Shown here: in pieces, positions 1-14,465 of the stretch | Layout: every line of letters starts with the position of its first letter | Position numbering within the stretch: the stretch's first letter is position 1 | Assembly: GCA_038143065.1 (NCBI GenBank) | Contig: JAYQLI010000049.1 | Coordinates: forward strand, 1 to 35,050 | Length of the DNA stretch: 35,050 nucleotides | Origin: Rhodospirillales bacterium | GTDB taxonomy: Bacteria > Pseudomonadota > Alphaproteobacteria > Bin95 | Reading direction: 5' to 3' | The notes under the pieces: generated by a model | The model's input: only the letters and a program-made list of their open reading frames with translations | Told to the model about the DNA's origin: nothing | The model's database searches: none | Position numbers and translations under genes: made by a program

Positions 1-33
1 CGAAACTGGTGTCAGTTATCTTTAATTGACCAC

Positions 34-481
34 CTAATCCAATCCGATCGCGCTGCGGGTAATGTAATTTAACAGTGCTTGAACATCTTGCAGTGCACCC
101 TCTGGATAAACATCGTATCCGATAATTACAGGGGTCTTCGCTGATCTGGTACATAAATATATTGTAAGGACAGAAACGAATGTTCATCGGGTCCTCTAAC
201 ATTGCAGCACGCGATAGGGGCGCCGAACAAAATCCGAAAACATCTGCGTAGGCATATATTGTCTCGGTCGCGCCCAGATCGGCCTTGGTCCGCTCTAACA
301 TATCACCCACATGATTGTGTTCTGAAATGACCAAACCGAAATCCAGGATCGCATTTTCCAATCCAAACATGACGTCGTCATAGGATTGATCTGTCACCTC
401 ATATGTTACTGTGCCGTTTGCCAGTGCCGAGTGCGCCAAACCCGCAACTAGGATCGTGGCAGCCGTAATCAGATGTTTCAT
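34..481 (-). CDS. DUF302 domain-containing exported protein (one frameshift near 132)
   Basis: Manual translation: MKHLITAATILVAGLAHSALA (signal peptide)...DDVMFGLENAILDFGLVISEHNHVGDMLERT...FGFCSA...DPMNIRFCPYNIFMY, then after a frame change PVIIGYDVYPEGALQDVQALLNYITRSAIGLD*. Missing from the ORF track because the uncorrected frame runs off the window edge. Confidence 0.75.
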
Positions 482-527
482 TATGTAAAGTGTCCTGCAT
501 GAATCGTATTCAGATTATAGCATGTAT

Positions 528-892
528 TCATTGCAGATCATCAACAATATCGTGTGCGAGATTAGTTAATAATGCCGCCCACTGTGGTAAATCCGTTCCA
601 GACTTGCATAAGTGCGATGTCTCTGTGTTTACATCCTCCGGCGGGCGCTTCACGTTGTCTGAACCGCATCTGTGTGCTTGCGAGTTTACAGCTGGAGTGA
701 CTTATAACCAAACGCCATCCCCGCTTCGGTGACGGCAAGGCGCATTTGTTCGCTTTTCTCTTCAAAGGGGGCTTTACTGTCTGGACAATTACAGATGACT
801 TTCACGATTCCCAAGCGCTGTAACTGACCAACTGATTCCGGTTTTAGGACGCCCGTGACATGATATTTGAGTGTGATTTTGTAAATGTGCAT
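528..892 (-). CDS. TIGR01244/DUF442 family sulfur transferase-like protein, frameshifted or degraded
   Basis: MHIYKITLKYHVTGVLKPESVGQLQRLGIVKVICNCPD resembles the family N-terminus (..GFKSIICNRPD). A downstream frame gives LCKSGT, resembling the CRSGTR motif. Confidence 0.55.
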
Positions 893-1059
893 CTGATTAC
901 CCGTCTAAGCTTGCCTTGAGGGGTAACGACGAAACAATCGTATTCTTTATATCCTTGCGTGGAATTCAATTATAAGGGCACAAAACCCTTGTTTTGTTGA
1001 CGCTAACAGCCGTGCCGAAAATTCTTTTTAGAAAATGTGATTTTTTTGTATTTTAGGGG

Positions 1060-1088
1060 TTGCGGGTGTTCTGAGTTGAGTTTAGAAG
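1060..1088 (+). promoter_or_regulatory. rRNA operon sigma70 promoter
   Basis: TTGCGG (1060-1065), 17-bp spacer, TAGAAG (1083-1088), AT-rich tract upstream. Matches Rhodobacter-type rrn promoters that lack the -7 T. Confidence 0.65.
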
Positions 1089-1469
1089 CCCCTCTACCGA
1101 CGCTGTTGAGGCGTTGGGGTCGAGAACAACGGCGGAATTGCCAAGGTTTTCGGGACATAATCAGAGAGCATCGAGCGGTTGCGTCGGAAGTTGAATTGTG
1201 ACGCGGTCGTTTGGTTTTGTCTGGTGACGTTATTTGACAATATGGAACACTGAAGAGATATGTGGGCAGTTTGGTTCAGATCGATGGATCAACTTTGCAC
1301 ATATCGCGCTACTAGAGAGAGATCTCGATGATGTAGTGTCAGCTTCACTGTTTGTCGGCTTTCGGTAACTTTGGTTACTGATGCAACAAACAGTTTTGAT
1401 CGGTTTGAACAGCCGATCAAGTGATGTGCAGAGGTTCGAACGTCAAGGATAAGCTGGTAACAGCTTTTC

Positions 1470-2934
<1,465 letters not shown>

Positions 2935-3076
2935 GATCTTAGTCAGATAAGCTTGCTTATCTCGTAGATCACTTAGCAGAAGCAGCAAACAAAGCTGCAC
3001 AACAGGTTACTCGTAACCTGCCGGACCAGGCTGTCCCCATATCTCTTCAGAAACATCAGACCTACCGGTCTGGACT

Positions 3077-3153
<77 letters not shown>

Positions 3154-3203
3154 TTATAAAGCGCGTTTGGCGCGGATTTGCGGTATCGCAGATCAATAGT
3201 TTT

Positions 3204-3279
3204 GGGGCCTTAGCTCAGCTGGGAGAGCGCCTGATTTGCATTCAGGAGGTCAGGAGTTCGATCCTCCTAGGCTCCACCA
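3204..3279 (+). tRNA. tRNA-Ala (TGC)
   Basis: GGGGCCTTAGCTCAGCTGGGAGAGCGCCTGATTTGCATTCAGG...GTTCGATCC...GGCTCCACCA. Confidence 0.97.
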
Positions 3280-3703
3280 AACATCTGATATGTTCAGTGT
3301 TCCTTAGATCAATCTGATCGCTAAGCAGCCATTGCTGTTTAGCCGTCCGATTGGACGTTTTGTCCTTCGGGGCAAATTGACATCGTAAAGAGAGATACAA
3401 TTAACAATCTGTTTGGTCCTTGTAAGTAAGCATGAGACCTCAGTTTGGTTCTAGTTCGCTAGAAGGCATTTGGACCTGACCTTTTCCTCGGTCACCCAGA
3501 TGTATCCCGGGCTGAAACGAACAGAATTGTCCAAGTCAAGTACACTAACTAATTACTCTTTCGAGAGTAATGGGAAAGTAAATTTATGACTTTTGATCGG
3601 AAGAAGAGATTTGCATGTGAACCAGCGTGCGGATCGGCGGACTGATTTAGGCCTCAGGTAGCGAAAAGCGGAAGGTCAAATAAAGCAGTCTGACTTTTTC
3701 TGG

Positions 3704-6542
<2,839 letters not shown>

Positions 6543-6618
6543 ACCAGTAATAGTCAGACTATTACAATCCAATCAAAGTCATACATAAAACCCTGACTTG
6601 GACAGATGTTATTTATTC

Positions 6619-6737
6619 GGTTTGGTGGCCATAGCACGAGTGAAACACCCGGATCCTTTCCGAACCCGGCCGTTAAGCACCGTCGCGCTGATGGTACTGC
6701 ATCTTAAGGTGTGGGAGAGTAAGTCACCGCCAAACCT
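6619..6737 (+). rRNA. rrf: 5S rRNA
   Basis: GGTTTGGTGGCCATAGC...CCGAAC...GATGGTACTGC...GGGAGAGTAAGTCACCGCCAAACC with paired termini. Confidence 0.95.
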
Positions 6738-6762
6738 AATAAATAACATCTCTGTATCTACC

Positions 6763-6850
6763 ACGATGACAAAACCCTCATGACGCGGGATCTACGATGA
6801 CAAAACCTTATGACGCGGGATGCTTCAGCCTCGTCAGGCTCATTACCTGA
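6763..6850 (+). repeat. Imperfect tandem duplication (about 29 bp x2) ending in the tRNA-fMet 5' bases, plus a copy of its anticodon arm
   Basis: ACGATGACAAAACCCTCATGACGCGGGAT (6763-6791), ACGATGACAAAACCTTATGACGCGGGAT (6794-6821) and CTCGTCAGGCTCATTACCTGA (6830-6850). Confidence 0.75.
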
Positions 6851-6871
6851 CTAAGCAATATGCTCAAAGGA

Positions 6872-6934
<63 letters not shown>

Positions 6935-6940
<6 letters not shown>

Positions 6941-7975
6941 AGAGCGGATTGAAGGGAGTGGATCGCGAGTTTTCGCCGAGTGCTGAAACTGAATGGTGTT
7001 GGCTCTGGTACAAAGGTCGCAGTTGTGGTGGAGAGCCAGTCTCGTCCTGTCCTTCGACAGTTGAGTGAGATCGCGCTTTATGATCTGGGGGCCGAGTATT
7101 TCACCGTTGATCTGCCGACGCCGCCACAAACCGCGCCGGTCCCTGTAAAATCAACTGGTGCATCAAACGCGATTGCGAACATGCGCCCTTCTGTTATTGA
7201 AGCGCTCGCAGAATTAATGAGGTGATTGTCGACGTCACTGTCGAGGTTGCTGCACGCCGAGGAGTGGACCGAGATCGAAGAGGCAGGCACGCGGCTGTTT
7301 GTTATCTGCAATGAGCATCCTGAAATCCTCGAACGCACCGAACAAGGCCGAATTGGGCCCAAAGTCGCCCGCGGCATTGAGATGCTGCGCGATGCGGCGA
7401 GATGCGCGTGACGTCAAGGCGGGCACCGATCTGGTGATTGATATTCGCGATCGCGACTTGCGGCGGTACGCCGGGCTTTACCACAGCACAAGGCGGCGTG
7501 GCCCATTGGCCGGGCGGCTGTACCTGTGTTTTCCGGGAAGAACACCATCAATGGGCGGATTGTCATGGTATCGGGCGACATGAACCTGACCTTCAAGGAT
7601 ACCTGCGCGATCCGATTGATTTCCGGATCGAGGACGATTTCGTGCGCGAAATTTCGGGTGACAACCTCGATGCGGATCTTTTCCGCGAATATCTAGCTGC
7701 TTGGGGCGATCCTATCGCTTACGGTCTGTCCCATGTGGGCTGGGGCATGAACCCCTGCGCTCGATGGGGAGATACAGCGCTTTATGACAAGCGCGACGTG
7801 CAGGACAGAGTTCCGCGCCTGGGGCTGGGAATTTCCTCTGGTCTACCGGATCAAACCAATATGTGCAGGCCGCTTCACGCTGGGACATTTCGATCTCTCC
7901 ATGCGCGGTTGCACCATCACGCTCGACGGAACCCCTGTAGTTTGTCGACGGCACCCTTCAGGAGATTTGGCATGA
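6935..7975 (+). CDS. NicX-like 2,5-dihydroxypyridine 5,6-dioxygenase / peptidase M29-fold protein, copy 1 (frameshifted, start codon clipped)
   Basis: Rebuilt motifs: ERIEG.WIASFRRVLKLNG, LLHAEE, ICNEHPEILER, AHWPGG, AYGLSHVGWGMNP.ARW, EFRAWAGNFLWSTG, GHFDLSMRGCTITLDG. These parallel Pseudomonas NicX motifs (LLHSPE, DHWPSG, YGISHIGWGLQPRAQW, GNFLFSTG, HLDIPLR) as recalled. Confidence 0.8.
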
Positions 7976-9275
7976 AAATGACGCATCGCGATTACTATGA
8001 TATATCTCGCTTTCGGCCCGAGCATGTTGAGATGCTGGAAAAGATCAACACTCTTGGCCCCAAATTCGCCGAACGCGCCCCGCAGCATGATAAAGAGGCG
8101 AGCTTTCCGACGAACAGAATTACAAGGACCTGGGATGCGGGCTTCCTAAACTGGTCATCCCCGAGGAATTCGGTGGTGGCTATGGTTTTACCCTTTATGA
8201 AATACGCGACCATCGGCGCTGAGGTTGGTAAGTACTGCGGCGCGACGGCGTTGACTTTAACATGCACACCTCATCGATGATGTGGTTGCGGTTCATGTAT
8301 GAGATGGACAACCTTACCCCGGCGAACGCGCCGCCTTTAAGCGGATGCGGGAAATTCCAGTTCGCGAAGGTCGTCAATGACGGTGCAATCTTTAGCCAGC
8401 CGATTTCCCGAAGGTGGGGTCAACTGGACATCGAGCCGATCAAGACCAACTGCCGCAAGGTTGACGGTGGCTGGGTGATCAACGGTTCGAAATTCTTATC
8501 GCTTGCCGGCAATTGCGACTATTATTCCATCGTCTGCACGTAAGCATTTCGAGGGCAAAGACCTGGCCCATGAAGAATAGATGGACTTTGCGGTACATAA
8601 GGATGCGCCGGGTCTGAGCATCGTGGGCGAATGGGACCCCATCCGGGATGCGCGGCACGGTCAGCCGCGACTTGATCCTGAAAGATGTGTTTGTCTCCGA
8701 AGATGATCTGATGATGCCTGCCGGGGTCTTTGGCAAGACGCTCAGCCAATGCCGCATATGATGCGACCCTGACCCTGGCCTATGGGTGTGGCGCAATCGG
8801 CCTATGATTTCACGGTGGAATATCTGCGGGGCGAGACGCCCGGCCAGCCTCATAGACGCACGTTTACCCAACCAAACGCGCAACTGTCAGCAAGATGTTC
8901 CGGCCCGGGGAGATGCGCAACCTCTGGATCAATGCTTTCCGAGGCAAAACCTTCCCCTCGAAGGCTGAGGTGATGCGCATCTATGCCGCGCAATATGGTG
9001 ATGGAGGGCGTGCAGGAACTGGCCGCGCTGGCGATCCGCACATGCGGAGGTCAATTCGATGTTGAAGTCCTTGCCGCTGGAACGGATCTATCGCGACAGC
9101 CGCTGCGGCGCACTGATGTTGCCCTATACCACTGAAATCATGGAGGACTACCTGTCTATGATGTCGGTTTGCTTATGACATGGACGATATTGACAAGGTC
9201 AACACGGAAACGGTCTCGGCCCGCGTGTCTATGTGGCGCCCTGCGGATGACGCCGGGGCGATTGCAGCGGAGTAG
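7972..9275 (+). CDS. Acyl-CoA dehydrogenase family flavoprotein (frameshifted)
   Basis: FAERAPQHDKEASFP, GKYCGATALT.NMH, RKVDGGWVINGSK, WDPIGMRGTVSRDLILKDVFV, AIRTCGG, LPLERIYRDSRCGALM. Start overlaps the upstream stop (ATGA). Confidence 0.85.
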
Positions 9276-9279
9276 TCTG

Positions 9280-11274
9280 GTGCCTTCCGCCTCTGTCCAC
9301 TGCGTCCGAACGCTCAAGGCCAGTGCTGCCGATGTGTGGCGCGTGCTGGGAACCTTTGACGTTTTGGCATCCCGGCATTGCAGAATGCGCTTTACTGCGG
9401 GCACCGGATGGGGCCTTGATGCGGGTCTTTACGGATGTGGATGGCGGTGAATATGAAGAACGCCGGACGTACCTCAGCGATACGGACCGGGTGTTATGCT
9501 ATGCGCTGACCAAGGGCGTTGACGGGTTGCTAAACTACGCTGCACGCGTCGAGGTGACGGAAAACAATGATGGCGCGGTGGTAACATGGCATGCCGAAAT
9601 TTCAGCCGCGTCAGTCGGTTAGAAGCGATTGTGGCAGGCACAGAAGCGATTTTTGAGGCCGGATTGGATGCACTTTCCCAACTGCCGCATGCACGCTCTG
9701 TCCCGCGTTCTGCACTGACGCCCAGCACGACAGAAGGGCGCGACGTGGTAATCAAGGGCTGCGCCAGCTCACCCTTTTGAAAGGAGAGTTGACGGGGGCC
9801 GACAGCGACACGCTTGTCCTGTTCCCTGCATGGCATTGGTGGGAACGCCTGAGGTGGAACGGTCAGATCAAAGGCTTTGGGGTCACAATACGCCGTCGCG
9901 GCGCTTAATTTGCGGGGCTACGGTTGCAGCACGCTGGGTCATGCCGTCGCAGGTGGATGACTACTGCGAGGATATTCACCACGTTGCTCGGACATTGGGT
10001 GTCAAAAGGCTGGTGCTTGTTGGGCTAAGCTATGGCAGCTGGATTGCGACAAGTTATGCTCTGCGACACGGGGACATGATGGCGGGGCTGGTTTGGCGGG
10101 AGGTTGCACCGGCATGTCAGAGGCCGACCCGCGAGAACGGGAAAACTTCCGTGTGAGCCGAGAGGTGCCATTGGACGCAGGACAGACCCCATCAGATTTT
10201 GCACCTGCAGTGGTGGACATCATAAAAGGGCCAAATGCCACTGACACGCAAATCGAAGAGATGCGCGCATCAATGGCGGCGATCCCTGCAGAAACCTACC
10301 GCGATGCGCTGCAATGCTTTACCAACCCGTTGGAACAGTTCGATTTCGCGCGGCTGGATTGCCCAGTTTTGATGATGACCGGCGAGTATGACCGTCTTGC
10401 GCCGCCCGACGAAATCCGACGCGTCTCTGAACGTATCATGGAGGCACGTCAGGCCGCGGGCTGGAGCGCGGATGTGCAGTTTGAGGTCGTTGAAGGTGCG
10501 GGGCATATCTGCAATCTGGAAGCCTCAGATCAAGTCAACGGTCTGTTGCACCGCTTTTTGTCACGCCTGCCCGGTGTGGCCAAGGACGACAAAGCCAGCC
10601 TGCCAGAGCGTCAGCGTGAAAAGCGCGAGCGCATTTGTCAGGCCGCCCATGACGAGTTCTGTGAAAACGGCTTTGATGGTGCGTCGATGGATCGGATCGC
10701 GGCGCGCGCAGATGTTTCAAAGCCGACGCTGTATCAATATTTCGGCGGCAAGGATGTGCTGCTGGACGTGGTGTTGGAGGCAGGGCGCAATCAGATCATA
10801 GCCCCTTTGCTGGTGCGCGAGGGTTCATTGGTGGACCGGCTTTGGCGTTTCACCTGGGTCTATGCGGATTTCGTATTGCGCCCGGACATGCTGTCACTGG
10901 CGCGCTTGATCCTTGGCGAAGCCGCCCGCAGGCCGGAAACCGCGATGGCCTATCATCAAAACGGACCGGAGCGGGCTTTTGAAGGGCTTGTGGACTTTGT
11001 TCGCGATGCCGAATACAGCGGCGATTTGGCAACTGACGCCGCCGACCTTGCAGCGCAAGATCTATGGTCGCTGATCTTGTCGGGACCGCGGGACTATTGC
11101 CTGCACTATGCAGCGCATCGCCCAACAGACCGCGAATTACTGCGCAGTATCGGACATGGTCTGCGCGTCTTTTTAAAAGCTTACGGCACTGATCCGGCGG
11201 CGCAAATCGAAGAATTACAAAGGCTCATTTCAGCAAAGACTGAAAGCCTGCAACAACAGGGTGAACATATGTGA
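9280..11274 (+). CDS. SRPBCC/polyketide-cyclase + alpha/beta hydrolase + TetR-family regulator fusion protein (frameshifts in 5' half)
   Basis: ASAADVWRVLGTF..WHPGIAEC (SRPBCC); LVLFLHGIGG, GLSYG nucleophile elbow, GEYDRLAP, GAGHICNLE (hydrolase); then, in one open frame (10093-11274), ENGFDGASMDRIAARADVSKPTLYQYFGGK (TetR HTH) and a TetR C-terminal domain. Confidence 0.8.
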
Positions 11275-11392
11275 CTGAAGCAACAGGGGATCGTTTTGTC
11301 ACCGTCGCGGTGACGGATACCAACGGGCTATTACGCGGCCAAAAATCGCCGCGAGCGGTCTGGCCGGATTGATCGAGGATGGCATGGGCATA
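11271..11392 (+). pseudogene. N-terminal fragment of a glutamine synthetase-family (gamma-glutamyl ligase) gene
   Basis: GTG start overlapping the upstream stop: MTEATGDRFVTVAVTDTNGLLRGQK.IAASGLAGLIEDGMG. The DxNGxxRGxK motif also occurs in the GS at 18437. Similarity ends abruptly. Confidence 0.7.
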
Positions 11393-11982
11393 ATCCCCCC
11401 GGCCAATGGGCAACGCCACCCGGTGTTGTGGTAAAAGCCTGGCGTACCCCAGAAGGGGCATCGTGGATATCAATGATGAGGTCCGTTCCCGCCGCACTTG
11501 TAACACTCATTTCTGACGCATCGCGTAACATTTCGATCCCGCGCGCGACTTTGGGGACAAGATCGGCGGTAGGTTCTGTTCTCTCCAATATCTCAGGATG
11601 TTCATTGCAGATCACAACAAGTCGTGCACCTGCGGCTTCTATTTCGGGCCATTCCTCGGCGTGGATCAATCCTTCTACGGTGATATCCAAAATCACCTCA
11701 ACGCGCTTTAACGCTTCTATCACATGGGTCATTTCCTGCAATTGCATTTGAGGCACCTGTGGATTTCACTGGGACTGGGGCGGTTTGTGGCGGGGTGGGA
11801 AGGCGGATCGCGGAAAACACCGAACCAAGATCAAAGAGAGCAAGCTCGCACAAGTCAAGTAAAACAGGACGCGATTGCGTTTCGCAGACAATCGCCACTT
11901 CGGTCCCTTCGCTGATCCCATTGAGAACAAGAAACCGTCGAAAGCTGGCCGCCCAATTTCCTTCGACGCGTTCCTGTAACAT
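11388..11982 (-). pseudogene. NicX-like/peptidase M29-fold protein, copy 2, N-terminal part only
   Basis: MLQERVEGNWAASFRRFLVLNG...LPTPPQTAPVPVKSTGASNAI...LIHAEEWPEIE...ICNEHPEILERTEP...GGVAHWPGGLC, where homology to copy 1 stops. Confidence 0.8.
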
Positions 11983-11997
11983 TGTGTGTCCTCTGTT

Positions 11998-12669
11998 TTA
12001 CGGTTTTATTTCGGCTCTGAGACCATCAATTTGAAGATCAAACCCATCTTGGATATGCGCGATAAACGCCTCAAGGGTTTTTGCAGCGTCCTTGGTTGCA
12101 ATCTCATCCTCTAGGGCAAGGTGGTCACCCATAGACCGCGAAATATCGACGTTTTGCAGTGTAGCAAAAAGATGAAACGCCATCGCTTTGCCCCAGATCA
12201 TGTCAAACATATCAAGTAGGAATTTATTTCCCGCTTCCTCGACAAAAGCCCGGTGGATGTTGCGGTTGGCTTGGAAATAGGCCGCGGTGGTCAGTTCTGT
12301 GAGGTTTTCTTCATCTTCGATGATGCGGCGCAATTTCGCGATTTGCAGAGTCGGTGGCTCGGACGGCCAAGATGCGGGCGCATTGCCCCTCGATCGCAGC
12401 TCGGGCTTGATAGAGCTGCTTAACCTCGTTTTCGTCCATTTGCGCAAGTCGGAAACCACCGCTTGCGGCAGCCATCAAGACACCTTCTTTTTCAAGGCGC
12501 ATTAGGGCTTCTCGGACAGGAGTTCGGCTAATTTCAAGCTCTGCTGCGAGCTTTTCTTGACCAACCGATCTTCGGCCGTGATTTGTTGGTTCATGATCGC
12601 CTCAACCAGTTGATCATAAACTTCATCTGCCAATCGTCGTCTTTGTGTCACAATGCTCTTAAGCGCCAC
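11998..12669 (-). CDS. GntR family (FadR/FCD-type) transcriptional regulator (frameshifted)
   Basis: RRRLADEVYDQLVEAIM...EKLAAELEISRTPVREALMRLEKEGVL (HTH); FCD domain YFQANRNIHRAFVEEAGNKFL...DHLAL...AFIAHI. GGAG RBS lies 6 nt before the GTG. Confidence 0.88.
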
Positions 12670-12698
12670 TTTCATCTCCATTTTTTGGTTTTTGCACT

Positions 12699-12708
12699 CT
12701 GTATACAA
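12699..12708. promoter_or_regulatory. Partial operator site upstream of gntR
   Basis: CTGTATACAA, the core of the repeated motif. Confidence 0.5.
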
Positions 12709-12791
12709 AAAGCCAATGCACACAAGGGGGAACCTCTGCTCATGCGGCTCTTCGCAAATTAAGATGTAAGAAACCTCTTGCGCTATTTCGT

Positions 12792-12809
12792 GTACTGTAT
12801 ACAGTATAC
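12792..12809. promoter_or_regulatory. Palindromic operator (probable GntR site) upstream of glxB
   Basis: GTACTGTATACAGTATAC, containing the perfect palindrome TACTGTATACAGTA, downstream of a -35-like TTGCGC at 12778. Confidence 0.75.
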
Positions 12810-12834
12810 AAATAATTACAAGGAGGGTCTTGTC

Positions 12835-13776
12835 ATGTGTGGTATTGCGGGGCGTATTTTAGGGGTGCCAGGAAAAGTGGGGCGGGATCTTGTGGATCTT
12901 ATGGAGGCCCAAGAGCATCGCGGTGCAGATAGTACGGGGTTTGCCGTTTACGGCATTCCGCGTGAGTGGACATGTGTTGCGTGGGATGGGGTTCGATAAA
13001 AATCGCATTGATTGCGATATCGAAAATTTGAAAGCGACCTTAACTGATCATGGTGGCGATTTTTCGGCCGACCCCCAGGTCATCAGCGATCACAATAAGC
13101 ATTACTGTTTTCGGATAGAAATAAGTGACCCTAGTGATATGGCGGCTTGGGTGCGTGATGCCGATACCCTGACGGCAGAGATTGAAATTCAATCCTGTGG
13201 GCGCTCGCTCGAAATTATTAAGGATATGGGGGGCGCGATCGAGGTGGCTGATAAGCACGGCGTTCGGGATATGATCGGAACGCATGGGCTTGGCCATGCA
13301 CGTCTAGCGACTGAAAGCTCTGTTTTGCCCAATGCGAGCCACCCCTTTTGGGCACGCCCATTTTCGGATGTTGCAATAGTGCATAACGGCCAGATCACTG
13401 ACTATTTCACATGGCGTGATCGATTGATACGTGCGGGGTATCAGTTCCTGACCGAGAACGATAGTGAACTCATTGCTGTTTGGGTGAGTGATCAGATGAA
13501 GCAAGGTTTGACGATGGAGCAAGCCTTGAAAAAATCCATCATCTCGATTGATGGTGTGTTCACATACATGATTGCCACCCTGATGGGATTGGTTTTGCGA
13601 AGGATCGGTTTGCGATGAAACCTCTTGTTGTCATTGAGCAAAATGGTGAACTAGCTGCAGCAACCGAGGAACAGGCGGTGCGCCGTGTGGTGAGTGAAGA
13701 AACCGATGTTATCAATCATGATGGGCCAAGCCTCATGGGTATTTGGGCGTTGGGAATAGGAGTATGGCCTGCATGA
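12835..13776 (+). CDS. glxB: Class II glutamine amidotransferase, N-methylglutamate synthase subunit A-like (frameshifted)
   Basis: AAGGAGG RBS; MCGIAG Ntn cysteine; HRGADSTGFAVYG; GHARLATES; ASHPF; VHNGQI; TENDSE. Lies upstream of glxC/glxD-like genes. Confidence 0.85.
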
Positions 13777-14465
13777 GTGAGATCGAAATAGAAGTTGGGA
13801 AACGCCATATCCGAGAGATTAACCAAGACATCCAGGAAGCGTGTAAAAGCGATAAAAAAATCCGGGTTGTGAACACTCTCTCGCGGCACAACCTTGGGGT
13901 CGGTTTGCCCGATGGTGCGGACATCACTTTCGAAGGGTCTGTCGGATATTATTGTGGCGGTCTTAATACAGGATCCCGCGTAACGATTGGGCGCAACTGC
14001 GGATGGGCCGTTGGCGAAGGAATGGCCAAAGGTCATATTACTGTAGGCGGCTATGCGGGCATGTCCTGCGGCGCGGCAATGATTGGCGGCACGATCCATG
14101 TAAAGGGTGACGCGGGACCGCGATGTGGCGTTGCGATGAAGGGCGGCAACATCGTGGTTGAAGGTAAGATTGGGTATCAATCTGGCTTTATGGCCCATTC
14201 TGGCAAAATCATCGCGCTGGGCGGCGCGGGTGCGTCTTGTGCCGATGCGCTCTGGAAGGGTGAAGTTTGGGTCGCCGGCGAGATTGAGAGACTTGGCGTC
14301 GATGTGAATGTCATCGAACCCACCGCCGAAGAAGTGGCCGAAGTGGATGCAATCCTTGATCCTCTTGGCCTTAAAGACACATCGCGCAATTGGCGCAAAA
14401 TGGTTTCGGGCGAACGCCTTTGGTATTTTGAAAGTAGGGATGCAAGCGCATGGCTCATGATCTAA
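13773..14465 (+). CDS. glxC: GXGXG/FwdC-like protein, N-methylglutamate synthase subunit B-like
   Basis: REINQ, HNLGVGL, GSVGYYCGGLN, VKGDAGPRCGVAMKGGNIVVEG repeats; intact ORF. Confidence 0.88.
   Translation: MSEIEIEVGKRHIREINQDIQEACKSDKKIRVVNTLSRHNLGVGLPDGADITFEGSVGYYCGGLNTGSRVTIGRNCGWAVGEGMAKGHITVGGYAGMSCGAAMIGGTIHVKGDAGPRCGVAMKGGNIVVEGKIGYQSGFMAHSGKIIALGGAGASCADALWKGEVWVAGEIERLGVDVNVIEPTAEEVAEVDAILDPLGLKDTSRNWRKMVSGERLWYFESRDASAWLMI

Noticed and set aside
6763-6821. Direct repeats as a mini CRISPR array
   Set aside because: Only two copies with a 2-bp gap, derived from the tRNA leader, and no cas genes.
12792-12809. CTGTATACAG motif as a LexA/SOS box
   Set aside because: The spacing does not fit CTGT-N8-ACAG, alphaproteobacterial LexA uses GTTC-N7-GTTC, and the adjacent genes are catabolic.
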